Source of the DNA: Phormidesmis sp.
GTDB taxonomy: Bacteria; Cyanobacteriota; Cyanobacteriia; Leptolyngbyales; Leptolyngbyaceae
DNA length: 64,000 bases
Direction of reading: 5' to 3'
Assembly: GCA_965248535.1 (NCBI GenBank)
Contig: CBDFJR010000002.1
Coordinates: forward strand, 1,056,001-1,120,000
Shown here piece by piece: positions 1-10,226 of the stretch. How positions within the stretch are numbered: the first letter of the stretch is position 1; each line of letters opens with the position of its first letter. Made by a program: the position numbers and the translations under genes. The notes below the pieces were generated by a model. The model did not search any database. It saw only the letters and a program-made list of their open reading frames with translations, and had not been told where the DNA came from.

Positions 1-102
1 GCCGCTATATCTAGCAACTGGCTTGGCAAAGCGTTCCAAATCGCTTCCTAAAGTTTCTCGATCGCCATTTCGTCAACGATTCCTCCTCACCCCAACAAAA
101 CT

Positions 103-303
103 ATGAATTACCAAGAGCAACTGACTCCCTGGGCTGTCTATCAAACTCTGCCTGATCTTCAGCGTCAATTGGTTATTCGCTTTCGCCGTCGCACCGATGC
201 TGATTGTTATATCAAGGTGTTGAAGCAAACCCGTCCTCAAACTGATTTTGTGATCGCTTTTGAGACGGTTAAGAAAGAAGTTGTTCCCGCTGCGATCGCT
301 TAA
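103..303 (+). CDS. small conserved cyanobacterial hypothetical protein (66 aa)
   Basis: ATG ORF; PW...RFRRRxDA..Y...L...P...F.I.F pattern recalled from small cyanobacterial hypotheticals. Confidence 0.7.
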   Translation: MNYQEQLTPWAVYQTLPDLQRQLVIRFRRRTDADCYIKVLKQTRPQTDFVIAFETVKKEVVPAAIA

Positions 304-377
304 CTCGACTCTAAGGATCATGAGTTGATGACTGTCGGCCATTTGCACTAAACAGGGTCAGACCAAAGCTAGCTTTT

Positions 378-1574
378 ATGGTGAACGATTTACCCGATCG
401 CACGTCTGACCTTTGCGATGTGATTACTCAACAAATTCTCCACAGTTCCGAAGGTCGAATTTCATTTTCTGAGTATATGGAGATGGCACTCTACCATCCG
501 CAGCACGGTTATTATGCTGCCAATAGCGACAAGATTGGGGCGCACGGTGATTTTGTCACCTCGCCCCATTTAGCTATGGATTTTGGTGAGCTATTGGCTC
601 AACAGTTTGCAGAAATGTGGCAGCTTTTAGGGCAACCCCAACCCTTTACAATCGTTGAAATCGGAGCCGGACAAGGACTCTTAGCCGCAGATGTTTTGCG
701 GGGTTTGCAAAGTCAGCATCCCGATTGTTTCACCGCGTTAGACTATGTGATTGTTGAAAAAGCCGCCGCTTTGATAACAGAGCAAAAGCAGCGACTAGAT
801 CCTTGGCGGGCATCAGGGTTGCAGATCGAGTGGCGATCGCTCGACAGCATTCCTGCCCAATCAATTATTGGGTGCATATTCTCTAATGAATTGGTCGATG
901 CGTTTCCGGTGCATCTAGTAACACTGAGTCAGGGCAAACTCCAAGAAATTTACGTCACTATCCAGTCCGATAGATTTGCAGAAGTGATCGACGACCCTTC
1001 AGACGATCGGTTGACTAACTATTTTGATCTCAACAGAATTAATTTATTTTCAGCCGATTATCCAGATGGTTACCGAACTGAGGTCAACTTAGCGGCCCTA
1101 GATTGGCTAAGTTTGGTCTCCGATCGCCTCCAGCGCGGCTATCTGTTGACGATCGATTATGGTTACACCGCGACTCGCTACTATAGCCCTCGGCGATCGC
1201 AGGGAACCTTGCAGTGCTACTACCAGCACAGTCACCACAACAATCCTTATATCAATGTGGGTCAGCAAGACATCACGGCTCACGTTGACTTCACCGCACT
1301 AGAGCGACAGGGCGATCGCTGTGGCTTAAAAACTTTAGGCTTGACCCAGCAAGGACTATTTTTAATGGCGTTGGGGTTGGGCGATCGGCTGATGGCACTC
1401 AGTCAAAGCGAGACTAAAAATGCTCAAGACATTCAAACCGTGATTCGTCGTCGTGACGCACTTCACCAACTCATGAACCCGATGGGACTCGGTAACTTTG
1501 GCGTTTTGCTGCAAAGCAAGGGCTTGACCGCCACAGAAACCGCGCAGCCTTTGACGGGTTTACGAACGTTTTAG
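378..1574 (+). CDS. class I SAM-dependent methyltransferase, MidA/NDUFAF7 family
   Basis: YMEMALYHPQHGYY, GDFVTSP, EIGAGQG, SNELVDAFPVH, IDYG, QDITAHVDFT motifs. Confidence 0.93.
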   Translation: MVNDLPDRTSDLCDVITQQILHSSEGRISFSEYMEMALYHPQHGYYAANSDKIGAHGDFVTSPHLAMDFGELLAQQFAEMWQLLGQPQPFTIVEIGAGQGLLAADVLRGLQSQHPDCFTALDYVIVEKAAALITEQKQRLDPWRASGLQIEWRSLDSIPAQSIIGCIFSNELVDAFPVHLVTLSQGKLQEIYVTIQSDRFAEVIDDPSDDRLTNYFDLNRINLFSADYPDGYRTEVNLAALDWLSLVSDRLQRGYLLTIDYGYTATRYYSPRRSQGTLQCYYQHSHHNNPYINVGQQDITAHVDFTALERQGDRCGLKTLGLTQQGLFLMALGLGDRLMALSQSETKNAQDIQTVIRRRDALHQLMNPMGLGNFGVLLQSKGLTATETAQPLTGLRTF

Positions 1575-1595
1575 CCTATCAAGGGCACGTCTTGC

Positions 1596-1650
1596 CCCCC
1601 AATCCCCCATTCTGGGAGACTTTGAACCTCAGCACTGAGGATCTAGGGGA
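1596..1650. repeat. dispersed palindromic (MITE/REP-like) repeat, copy A
   Basis: shares ATTCTGGGAGACTTT (1609-1623) with 7559-7573; CCCC...GGGG ends; lies between convergent genes. Confidence 0.6.
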
Positions 1651-1685
1651 CAATTCATCCCGTGATTCGCAACGCCAGAACTCGC

Positions 1686-2756
1686 TTATCGAGAACTGAT
1701 CACCTCTAGCCGCACGGGGGCAATGCCGCTTTGCATGACTCCCAAAATGCGGGCGGCTCCGGCTGACAAGTCAATCACGCGATCGCCGACATAAGGTCCA
1801 CGATCGTTGATTCGCACAATCACCGATCGTCCGTTATCCAAATTCGTCACTTGCACTTGGGTGCCAAACGGCAGAGACCGATGAGCCGCTGTCATCGCAT
1901 TTTGATTAAAGGTTTCACCACTGGCACTGGCGTTGCCATCAAACCCAGGGCCATACCAAGAGGCCCACCCATCAATGCGAAGCTTGATCGGGCCGAGAGA
2001 AATCTGCTGCCCATTATTTGGCTTGTTAGGCACCGTTCTCAGAGGGGCGGCATCTCCGATCAGACGACGAAGACGGTTGGTGACTTGCAGCGCATCTTGC
2101 TCAGGATTTTTGGTCGTGTCAGGCAAAATCGTATCGGCATCGACTGCCACGATCGTGGTTTTGTTAGCCTCAATGATGTAGCGATCGCCCGTGCCATTGG
2201 GGGCTTGCTTCCAGCTAACGGTGATGGTCTTGGCATCCACCCCTTGGCGATAGAGTTGATTGAGCTTGGCAGCGATCGTAGTGGCTCTCGTGACTGGATC
2301 AGACTGCAAAGCGGAAATAGAATTCTGACGCTGCTCTAAAGATGGGGCTGCATTGACACCAGACTTGAGCTTGGCGATTTGAGAAGATTCATCAGTCTGC
2401 GTTGCTCCCATTTTGACGCGATCAGAGGAGGCTGACTGTGAACCGACGAACGTGAGAACCGGAATGTTGCGGACATAGAGCGTTGCGGCCTTGCGTCCGG
2501 CGTGCTCATGGGTTTGAATCTTGGCGATCGAATTCTCTAAAGACGGGGTTTGGCTCTGTTGCTCACCAACTTTGACAACATCGCCTATCGGCGAAAGAGG
2601 CGGTGGCGCGTTTTGCTCGGCGTGAGAAGCGTGGCTCACGGCTGGGGCTGCCTCAGCGCTGCTGCGATGATTAAGACCCAACGAGGTGCTGATCAACAGG
2701 GTTGCCGTCAGACCGCTAATAAGTTTCTGATTCATATCTCCGTAGGTGAAGGACAT
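1686..2756 (-). CDS. rlpA: septal ring lytic transglycosylase RlpA family protein
   Basis: C-terminal DPBB domain GWASWYGPGF...TAAHRSLPFGT...VRINDRGPY...RVIDLS; N-terminal signal peptide. Confidence 0.9.
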   Translation of the reverse strand: MSFTYGDMNQKLISGLTATLLISTSLGLNHRSSAEAAPAVSHASHAEQNAPPPLSPIGDVVKVGEQQSQTPSLENSIAKIQTHEHAGRKAATLYVRNIPVLTFVGSQSASSDRVKMGATQTDESSQIAKLKSGVNAAPSLEQRQNSISALQSDPVTRATTIAAKLNQLYRQGVDAKTITVSWKQAPNGTGDRYIIEANKTTIVAVDADTILPDTTKNPEQDALQVTNRLRRLIGDAAPLRTVPNKPNNGQQISLGPIKLRIDGWASWYGPGFDGNASASGETFNQNAMTAAHRSLPFGTQVQVTNLDNGRSVIVRINDRGPYVGDRVIDLSAGAARILGVMQSGIAPVRLEVISSR

Positions 2757-2869
2757 TTGCTAATCGAGCTTGAGTTCGACAAGCAGATTGCAAAATTGCA
2801 AGGATGCTTTCGGAATAACTCGTACTCGCTCCGTTTTTTACTCCCAGTTATAGAACTGCAACAGACTAC

Positions 2870-3039
2870 CATGAAGTTTTTGCCCAGGGGATCAGGGTAG
2901 TCGCGGTATGTAAAAAAACTTTATGAAAACTTCATACTGCTTAATTGACCTCAAAGCCTTGTAGTGAAAGGGTTCTCAGAAAAAATTAAGACATGTCGCC
3001 AAAGGGAACTTCATGAAAACTTCATACCAGCTTCATAGT
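2870..3039. promoter_or_regulatory. arrays of 11-bp-period AACTTCAT direct repeats in the divergent rlpA/purM promoter region
   Basis: units at 2917, 2928, 3007, 3018, 3029 and an inverted copy at 2870-2880. Confidence 0.6.
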
Positions 3040-3152
3040 AGTTCTAGGTTATGCTGAAGTCTTGTGTTTTCACGACCCCAAAAATCAGTGATCTTGCGTT
3101 AGTCAAGATTGCAGCACTAAGCATTTGTGACCGATACAGAGGCGTTCATTTC

Positions 3153-4181
3153 ATGGATTATCGAGAGGCTGGGGTTGACGTTGAGGCAGGGCGGGCATTT
3201 GTCGATCGCATCGGCAGCATGATTAAACGCACCTATCGCCCCGAAGTGCTGGGCGGCATTGGAGGCTTTAGCGGGTTGTTTCAACTGCCTGCGGGCTATC
3301 GAGAACCTGTTTTGGTGTCGGGCACGGATGGCGTGGGCACTAAGCTCAAACTGGCTCACACCCTCGATCGTCATGACACGGTTGGCATTGATCTCGTGGC
3401 CATGTGCGTCAACGATGTGCTGACCTGCGGGGCAGAACCCCTGTTCTTCTTAGATTATTTGGCTACCGGACAGTTGCAGCCCGAACAACTCGCCGCCGTG
3501 GTGTCTGGCATTGTGCAAGGGTGTGAGTCAGCAGGCTGTGCGCTGTTGGGGGGCGAAACGGCTGAGATGCCAGGGTTTTATCAGGCAGATGAATATGATT
3601 TAGCCGGGTTTTGCGTCGGCATTGTTGAAAAAAGTTTGATTCTAGACGGCTCTCAGGTACAAGTGGGCGATGTGGCGATCGGGCTAGCTAGCAGCGGCGT
3701 TCACAGCAATGGCTTTAGTTTGGTTCGCAAAATTGTCAGCGATCGGGGGTTTAACTGGAGCGATCAGCCCGAAATTCTAGCTGGAAAAAGTCTCGGTGAA
3801 GTGTTGCTGACTCCGACTCAAATCTACGTCAAGCCGATTTTGGCAGCGCTTGAGGCTGAGATTCCCATTCACGGCATGGCGCATATCACAGGCGGCGGCT
3901 TGCCCGAAAACTTGCCCCGCTGTTTGCAAAAAAATCAAACGATCGACGTGGATTTGAACAGTTGGGACGTTTTGCCCATTTTTGATTGGTTAGCAACTCA
4001 AGGAAACGTTAGCCCAATCGATATGTTGAATACCTTTAATATGGGAATTGGGTTTGTGGTGATTGTGCCCCCCGATCGGGCCACAGAAACCTTAGAATTT
4101 TTTGCTTCTCATCAGATTAAATCATCCCCGATCGGCACCGTGATTCCGGGTGCGGGTCAGTTAGTCGGGCTACCCACTTAA
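3153..4181 (+). CDS. purM: phosphoribosylformylglycinamidine cyclo-ligase
   Basis: [47 protein letters not shown]; start moved to ATG 3153. Confidence 0.97.
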   Translation: MDYREAGVDVEAGRAFVDRIGSMIKRTYRPEVLGGIGGFSGLFQLPAGYREPVLVSGTDGVGTKLKLAHTLDRHDTVGIDLVAMCVNDVLTCGAEPLFFLDYLATGQLQPEQLAAVVSGIVQGCESAGCALLGGETAEMPGFYQADEYDLAGFCVGIVEKSLILDGSQVQVGDVAIGLASSGVHSNGFSLVRKIVSDRGFNWSDQPEILAGKSLGEVLLTPTQIYVKPILAALEAEIPIHGMAHITGGGLPENLPRCLQKNQTIDVDLNSWDVLPIFDWLATQGNVSPIDMLNTFNMGIGFVVIVPPDRATETLEFFASHQIKSSPIGTVIPGAGQLVGLPT

Positions 4182-4185
4182 AATT

Positions 4186-5031
4186 GTGACCAAAACCCGC
4201 AAACAATTCGGTCAACATTGGCTCCGCAGCGAGAAGGCATTAGCTAAAATTGTCAGTTCGGCAGAGTTATCAACCTGCGATCGGGTTTTAGAAATTGGCC
4301 CAGGGACGGGTGTTTTGACCCGGCAATTATTGACCCAAGCAGAAGCCGTGGTTGCCGTTGAAATCGACCGAGATTTGTGTCAACTTCTCGCCAAAAAATT
4401 GGGTCAAGTTGAGAATTTTCTGCTGCTGCAAGGAGACTTTCTCGCGATCGACTTAGACGCACTTTTAGAACCCGCTCCAGCATTTCAGAATCCTACTAAA
4501 GTTGTCGCTAATATTCCCTACAACATTACCGGGCCGATTTTAGAAAAATTGCTGGGCACGATCGGGCATCCCAATCCCAAGCCGTTTTCCTCGATCGTGC
4601 TGCTCGTGCAAAAAGAGGTGGCCCTGCGGCTGTGTGCCAATCCCAAATCGACTCACTTTGGCGCGCTGTCGGTGCGAGTGCAATATTTAGCCGACTGTCA
4701 GTTTATCTGCGACGTTCCGGCTAAAGCTTTTCAGCCACCGCCCAAAGTAGACTCGGCCGTGATCAGGCTCCGCCCGCGTCTGGTTGAAAACCCGGCCCAC
4801 AATCCGCGATATATGGAGATATTGATCAGACTCGGTTTTTCTAGCAAACGCAAAATGCTGCGAAACAATTTGAAGAGTTTAATCGACGGCGATCGTCTGA
4901 CCCAGATTCTGGAACAATTAGAAATCAACCCTCAAGCCCGTGCTGAAGATCTCAGCGTTGCCCATTGGGTCGCTCTGAGCAACACTCTAGAAGTCGTGGA
5001 AGGGTCACTCACCCCCAACCCCGAACCCTGA
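4186..5031 (+). CDS. rsmA: 16S rRNA adenine dimethyltransferase
   Basis: KQFGQHWL, LEIGPGTG, VANIPYNIT, PPPKVDSA. Confidence 0.97.
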   Translation: MTKTRKQFGQHWLRSEKALAKIVSSAELSTCDRVLEIGPGTGVLTRQLLTQAEAVVAVEIDRDLCQLLAKKLGQVENFLLLQGDFLAIDLDALLEPAPAFQNPTKVVANIPYNITGPILEKLLGTIGHPNPKPFSSIVLLVQKEVALRLCANPKSTHFGALSVRVQYLADCQFICDVPAKAFQPPPKVDSAVIRLRPRLVENPAHNPRYMEILIRLGFSSKRKMLRNNLKSLIDGDRLTQILEQLEINPQARAEDLSVAHWVALSNTLEVVEGSLTPNPEP

Positions 5032-5049
5032 AACCTCAACGTTTTATTT

Positions 5050-5991
5050 ATGCGTTCCTATTCTCTGGTGGCTCCCGCCAAAATTAATCTCTATCTGCAA
5101 ATCGTGGGCGATCGTGCCGATGGGTTTCATGAGTTGGTGATGGTGCTGCAAAGCATTGAGCTAGCCGATTTAGTCACTGTGCGCCCGATCGGGGCCGAAA
5201 TTATTCAGATACAGTGCGATCACCCCGATGTGCCCCAAGATCAGACAAACCTGGCCTACAAAGCCGCCGATTTAATGGTGCGGCAGTTTCCAGATTATTT
5301 TGCCAAATTTGGCGGAGTCGAGATCAAGATTCAAAAGCGTATCCCCTTGGGTGCAGGCTTGGCGGGTGGCTCTAGCAATGCGGCGGCCGTGTTGGTGGGG
5401 CTAGATTTGATGTGGAATTTAGGACTCACTCACTCCGAGCTTCAAGAGTTGGGCGCAACGCTGGGATCAGACGTTCCATTTTGCATCTCAGGGGGCACCT
5501 CGCTGGCCACAGGGCGCGGAGAACAGTTGGATGGGTTGCCCGACCTGCACAATGTCAGTGTGGTGTTAGCCAAATATCGCGATTTGCCCGTCTCGACTCC
5601 GTGGGCCTATCAAACCTATCGACAGCAGTTTGGAGCCACCTATCCTCAAAGCGCCCATGACCTAGAAACCCGAAAGCAGCAGTCTAGGGGCATGATGGCA
5701 GCGATCGCCCAGCAAGATCTGGCTCAAATTGGTAAACTACTCCACAACGATCTAGAGCGCGTAGTCTTGCCCAACTATCCGCAGGTGCAGCAGCTTCGCG
5801 ATCGCTTTCAAAGTCTAGGTGTGTTGGGCACGATGATGTCAGGGTCTGGCTCTACGGTCTTTGGTCTAGTTGAGTCTCAAGCCCACGCCGAGCACGTTAG
5901 AGAGCAGATGAAAACGGCGATCGCTGATCCTCATCTCGATCTCTGGGTTACGAGATTTTGTCCTTCTGGAGTTCGGTTAGCGACTCATTAA
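5050..5991 (+). CDS. ispE: 4-diphosphocytidyl-2-C-methyl-D-erythritol kinase
   Basis: APAKINLYL, KRIPLGAGLAGGSSNAA, GSDVPF, MSGSGST. Confidence 0.97.
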   Translation: MRSYSLVAPAKINLYLQIVGDRADGFHELVMVLQSIELADLVTVRPIGAEIIQIQCDHPDVPQDQTNLAYKAADLMVRQFPDYFAKFGGVEIKIQKRIPLGAGLAGGSSNAAAVLVGLDLMWNLGLTHSELQELGATLGSDVPFCISGGTSLATGRGEQLDGLPDLHNVSVVLAKYRDLPVSTPWAYQTYRQQFGATYPQSAHDLETRKQQSRGMMAAIAQQDLAQIGKLLHNDLERVVLPNYPQVQQLRDRFQSLGVLGTMMSGSGSTVFGLVESQAHAEHVREQMKTAIADPHLDLWVTRFCPSGVRLATH

Positions 5992-5996
5992 TACCC

Positions 5997-6329
5997 ATGT
6001 CTAAATCTTTGCCTGACTCTTCGCCTCAATCTACTCTGCCAGACAAGGCAATGCCCAGTCCTTTGCAGTGCGTCTTGGGGTCGCTCGTCGCGGGGGGAAT
6101 TGCCCTTGTGATGTATGGTATGACTAGCTCGATCGCCCTCTCTTTTGCCAGCAAACCTCTGCAATATCACAATGTCACGACTGCCAATATTGCTGTTGCC
6201 GTCAGAACGTTAGTGGTCGGGATGAGTGCTTTGGGCACCGGAGTGTTTGGGTTAGCGGCCGTCGGATTGTTTGGGCTGGGCATCCAGGTTTTGATCGGGA
6301 AAGCAAAGCAGCGATCGGCCACCGACTAA
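5997..6329 (+). CDS. DUF3082-like membrane protein
   Basis: two hydrophobic helices, AVAVRTLVVG motif, follows ispE; start ATG 5997 chosen. Confidence 0.75.
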   Translation: MSKSLPDSSPQSTLPDKAMPSPLQCVLGSLVAGGIALVMYGMTSSIALSFASKPLQYHNVTTANIAVAVRTLVVGMSALGTGVFGLAAVGLFGLGIQVLIGKAKQRSATD

Positions 6330-6374
6330 TTCCCTGTTTGTAAAGTTAGAAAAATTTTAGAATTCATATCTAGC

Positions 6375-6709
6375 TTTTCCACAAGATAAGCACAGTTTTC
6401 CACAGATAGTCCGATTTTTCAGAATCGGTGCCATCAGTCTGTGGAAAACGTTTCGCTTGCTAAGGGGAATTTTTGAATTTGTAGGCTGAAACTCTGATTC
6501 TCTCGTTGTGTTGGAGACAAACCGCTCCATACTCTATCACTTTTTAGCAAAGACGGTTTAGATTCTTGTGATTAAAGAAATCTAATTTAAAAAACTGGTT
6601 GATTATGGCTGAGAACTATGTATGTACTGGTTTTTAGCTAAAAAACGACTCAGATTGCCAAGCCCATTGATGAGCCATCCATTGTCTGAATAGATCAAAG
6701 TTTTCCACA
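6375..6709. promoter_or_regulatory. DnaA-box cluster (candidate oriC element)
   Basis: TTTTCCACA at 6375-6383, 6396-6404, 6701-6709 and reverse TGTGGAAAA at 6440-6448; AT-rich stretch near 6570-6600; ~510-bp intergenic region. Confidence 0.7.
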
Positions 6710-6841
6710 GCCTACGATCGTCCTTCTAGATTTCTAAAGTCAATAGGATTTAATTCACGATTCTTGGGGCCGCAATATTAGAAAATTATAGAGGTGGAGT
6801 CTGTCTGACGTTATTGAGTCAATATCTCGAAGAGGTTTTTT

Positions 6842-7438
6842 ATGGCATATCTCTGGTTCAAAGCATTTCACCTCGTGGGTATCGTCGCCTGGTTTGCCGG
6901 ACTGTTTTATCTGCCCCGACTGTTTGTTTATCACGCAGAAGCTTATGAACACCCAGAGCCAGCGCGCACGATTCTCAAAACTCAATATCAAATCATGGAG
7001 AAGCGCCTCTATAGCATCATCATGACTCCGGCGATGCTGCTAACGATCGCGATGGCGATCGGGCTGCTCACGACTGAGCCAGACGTGCTCAAACAGCCTT
7101 GGCTGCACGCCAAACTCGCGTGTGTTGCGGGGTTGTTGGTCTATCACCACTATTGCAAAATCATCATGAAGCGGTTGGCTGCTGATGAATGCAAAATGAC
7201 GGGGCAACAGTTTCGCTGGTTTAACGAGTTACCGACCGTGTTTTTTGTGATCGTCGTGATGTTGGCCGTGTTTAAAAACACTTTGCCCACCAGCGCCACC
7301 GCCTGGGGAATCTTCGCCATGATTGTGGCGATGGCAGCGATCATTCAGCTTTATGCTAAAAAGCGCAGACTGGCAAAAGAAAAGGAGTTGACAGACGCGA
7401 TCGCTCAACCCAAATCAACGTCAGAAGTAGGCGCTTAG
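6842..7438 (+). CDS. hemJ: protoporphyrinogen oxidase HemJ
   Basis: WFKAFHLVGIVAWFAGLFYLPRLFVYH, MEKRLY, WLHAKL, RWFNE. Confidence 0.95.
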   Translation: MAYLWFKAFHLVGIVAWFAGLFYLPRLFVYHAEAYEHPEPARTILKTQYQIMEKRLYSIIMTPAMLLTIAMAIGLLTTEPDVLKQPWLHAKLACVAGLLVYHHYCKIIMKRLAADECKMTGQQFRWFNELPTVFFVIVVMLAVFKNTLPTSATAWGIFAMIVAMAAIIQLYAKKRRLAKEKELTDAIAQPKSTSEVGA

Positions 7439-7545
7439 GGGGTGACGACATAAATTTTTCGACGCGATCGAAGATTGGACGACCAAAAAAAATAGCTAAC
7501 GTCAGTTCGACGAGTTTGTTCGCTTCGTTGTCAGCGGCTTTTGCT

Positions 7546-7616
7546 CCCTAAATTCCCTATTCTGGGAGACTTTAAATCGAAATTTTGGCTTGAAGTCCCC
7601 CAATTGGGGAATTTAG
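7546..7616. repeat. dispersed palindromic (MITE/REP-like) repeat, copy B
   Basis: CTAAATTCCC (7548-7557) pairs with GGGAATTTAG (7607-7616); inner GACTT/AAGTC arms; 15-bp identity to copy A. Confidence 0.65.
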
Positions 7617-7807
7617 TGATGTGGATGTCTTGGTTGTGTTTAGTCCAGACACACGCAAGAAACTCTCCGAATGGATTGCAAAGTGATCTAGATCTTTAGA
7701 CCCTCCTCAACCCCTGCTTCTACCTTGCTCAAATTCGTGTTGGTTTCTGGCATAGACATTGAATATGGCGATTCTAGGCTGATATCCAACGATAGAGGCA
7801 TTTAAGT

Positions 7808-8470
7808 ATGGCGATTTTAATGAATGGTTTTATGATTGCTGCGATCGGGCCCTTTCACATTCAAGAATCATTGCAGAGTTTGCTGAACTGGATTCAAGAT
7901 TTTGGGGCCGCGAGTGCAATTATTTTTATCGGCATCTATTTATTGCTAACGGTGTGTTTAGTTCCAGGAACTATTTTAACGTTGGGGGCAGGCGTTGTTT
8001 TTGGGGCTATTTGGGGTTCTCTCTACACATTTATCGGCGCAACCCTTGGCGCAACTGCGGCATTTTTGATCGGACGTTATTTGGCTCGTGACTGGGTTGC
8101 TAAAAAGATTGAAGGTCATTCTAAATTCAAAGCGATCGCCACAGCCGTTGCCCAAGAAGGATTGAAAATTGTTTTTCTGACTCGTTTATCGCCAGTGTTT
8201 CCATTTACGTTGCTGAATTATGCGTTTAGCGTCACAGATGTTTCACTGCGAGATTATGTTTTGGGTTGTGTAGGCATGATTCCTGGAACCATTTTGTATG
8301 TTTATATCGGTTCTCTAGCGGGCAATTTAGCCACCCTAAACGCCGCCAACTCATCGGCTCAAGCGGCTCAATGGGCGCTGCGAGCGATCGGGCTAATTGC
8401 CACCGTTGCGGTGACGATTTATGTGACTCGCCTTGCCCAAAAAGCCTTAGCCAGCGTCGAAGAGTCATGA
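7808..8470 (+). CDS. TVP38/TMEM64 (DedA superfamily) membrane protein
   Basis: PGTILTLGAGVVFG, LTRLSPVFPFTLLNYA, GMIPGT. Confidence 0.92.
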   Translation: MAILMNGFMIAAIGPFHIQESLQSLLNWIQDFGAASAIIFIGIYLLLTVCLVPGTILTLGAGVVFGAIWGSLYTFIGATLGATAAFLIGRYLARDWVAKKIEGHSKFKAIATAVAQEGLKIVFLTRLSPVFPFTLLNYAFSVTDVSLRDYVLGCVGMIPGTILYVYIGSLAGNLATLNAANSSAQAAQWALRAIGLIATVAVTIYVTRLAQKALASVEES

Positions 8471-10219
8471 GTCCTGTCTCGATTGAGCTATGCAGTCTGC
8501 TTTTAGCAACATTAGGCTTTCGCTCTCAAAAACTGAGCATTTTTTAGCGAGTTTAGCTAAGGCTGAAACAGTTTTCTGCTCTAAGTGGGCCGAAGCCTCG
8601 TTAAACGCTGGCTGAAAGCTTTGTAGCCAATTTTTTTCGAGCAGATAGTTGGGAGTGAAGGCGGTGCGATCGAGCAACCAAAAATCAATCCCATATTGCT
8701 GAATCATCTGCTGAACGGGGGCTAACTCTGGACTGTATTGAGCCTCAATCAAGGCCAGACTTCGCTGCCGAATTTGACGATAGTAACCCAGATGAAAGGG
8801 CAGAGCATATTCTTTGCCGATTAACACCGATCGCTGGGCAAAAGTCGGAATGCTATTTGCCTCATCTGAAAGGGTTGCAATCAAGCTATCTTGGGGCTGC
8901 TTTTGCAAGAACTGATAAAGCTTACCTTCTCCAGACGTTCGATAGTTTGTAGCCGGAAAATTAGATGAGAAATTGGGAAATAGAAAGAGCAATGCTGCCA
9001 GAAATCCGATTAGGGTCAGTCTCCAAAATAAGGGCTGCCAACGGTGAGCGCTGGCGAGTTCTTGACACCTGAGCAGCACGGCATCTAGCACGGCGGTGAG
9101 GGTAATGGCAGCCGCGATCGCCATCACCATTCGCCAAGTGTGAATGGTATATCGAGTCGGAAAAAATAGCTTGAGCCACAGTGCATGAGCCGCAAAAAAA
9201 AGTCCTAAAGACACGATCGCTGTCTGAACTAAGACACTAACCGAGTTCTTGAGTTGCCGAATTAACGGGAAGCGAACCGGATTTTTAGCGACGATCGGCA
9301 GTGCCAATCCTGCCCAAATCAACGGCGGCAATAGCGGGGGCAAAATGCCGCTATGCTGCCCTGTGAGCCAAAACTGCCAGAGATTGGGATCAAAATAGGG
9401 ATGCCGTCCGCCGGGATAGAGTTCTGGCATGGCCAAGGCTTCAGCTTTGGTGACGATCGGGTTAAACTGCGCTGACGAAACTGCATAGGGCAACAGTGCC
9501 AGAAATCCCAGTCCGGCTGCTAGGGCAAAAAAAGGAAGGCGTTCTCGATGAAACTGAGTCCGTCCACGCTCCCAGTTCCACAGTCGTAGAAACAGGACTG
9601 CGATCGTGATAAAAACCAGAGGTGGATAGATTAGAGCTTGGAGCACGATCGTGGCGATTACACCCAGTCGAATATGGCGCAGCAGATAATATAAGAACGC
9701 TAAGAATAATGGATAGACAAACGCTCTAGGAGTCGCAGAACTCAAATCGTCTCTAAACCACAGACTTTGATTGAGCAACAGCATTGCAACAAAACCGCTG
9801 ATAGGAATTGGAAACAGTTGTAAACAAACCCCAAATCCATAAAAAGTCGTTACGACACCAATCACGACAGGCAAAAGCTTACTCAGCAGCAATGGCTGAA
9901 TACCAAGGTTTGCGATCAGATGATAAATCGCGGCATATCCCGGTGGTGTAATCGATTTAAAATAGTCTGCGATCAAGTCATGAGAAAACAGCGACGGATT
10001 GACGAATTGCTGCATCCAAAACACATATTCTCGCGCATCATCTTGAACAATGTATTCGGCTCTAAACGCTTTTTGCAACCCTAAACTACTGTAATAGATT
10101 GCGAATCCTAAGCTTAGACTTAACCAAAATAAGATGGATGTAGACTGGTTAGAGCGATCGTAGGATAACGTTTGATCCATTGGAGTCGTTAAAAGCTGAC
10201 GTAAGCGCGAAATCATCAT
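8465..10219 (-). CDS. polytopic membrane protein, possible GT-C-fold glycosyltransferase
   Basis: many TM helices, QDD acidic motif in first loop, soluble C-terminal domain, 7 bp downstream of a GT4 gene. Confidence 0.6.
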   Translation of the reverse strand: MMISRLRQLLTTPMDQTLSYDRSNQSTSILFWLSLSLGFAIYYSSLGLQKAFRAEYIVQDDAREYVFWMQQFVNPSLFSHDLIADYFKSITPPGYAAIYHLIANLGIQPLLLSKLLPVVIGVVTTFYGFGVCLQLFPIPISGFVAMLLLNQSLWFRDDLSSATPRAFVYPLFLAFLYYLLRHIRLGVIATIVLQALIYPPLVFITIAVLFLRLWNWERGRTQFHRERLPFFALAAGLGFLALLPYAVSSAQFNPIVTKAEALAMPELYPGGRHPYFDPNLWQFWLTGQHSGILPPLLPPLIWAGLALPIVAKNPVRFPLIRQLKNSVSVLVQTAIVSLGLFFAAHALWLKLFFPTRYTIHTWRMVMAIAAAITLTAVLDAVLLRCQELASAHRWQPLFWRLTLIGFLAALLFLFPNFSSNFPATNYRTSGEGKLYQFLQKQPQDSLIATLSDEANSIPTFAQRSVLIGKEYALPFHLGYYRQIRQRSLALIEAQYSPELAPVQQMIQQYGIDFWLLDRTAFTPNYLLEKNWLQSFQPAFNEASAHLEQKTVSALAKLAKKCSVFESESLMLLKADCIAQSRQDS

Positions 10220-10226
10220 TGCAGAG

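Noticed and set aside
1..68. possible minus-strand gene start (ATG at 66-68) running off the window edge
   Set aside because: in-frame stop after six codons; nothing recognisable
1851..2900. antisense/overlapping ORFs over rlpA, and similar shadow ORFs over ilvD, amylase, suf and the DUF11 genes
   Set aside because: no motifs; explained as shadows of real genes
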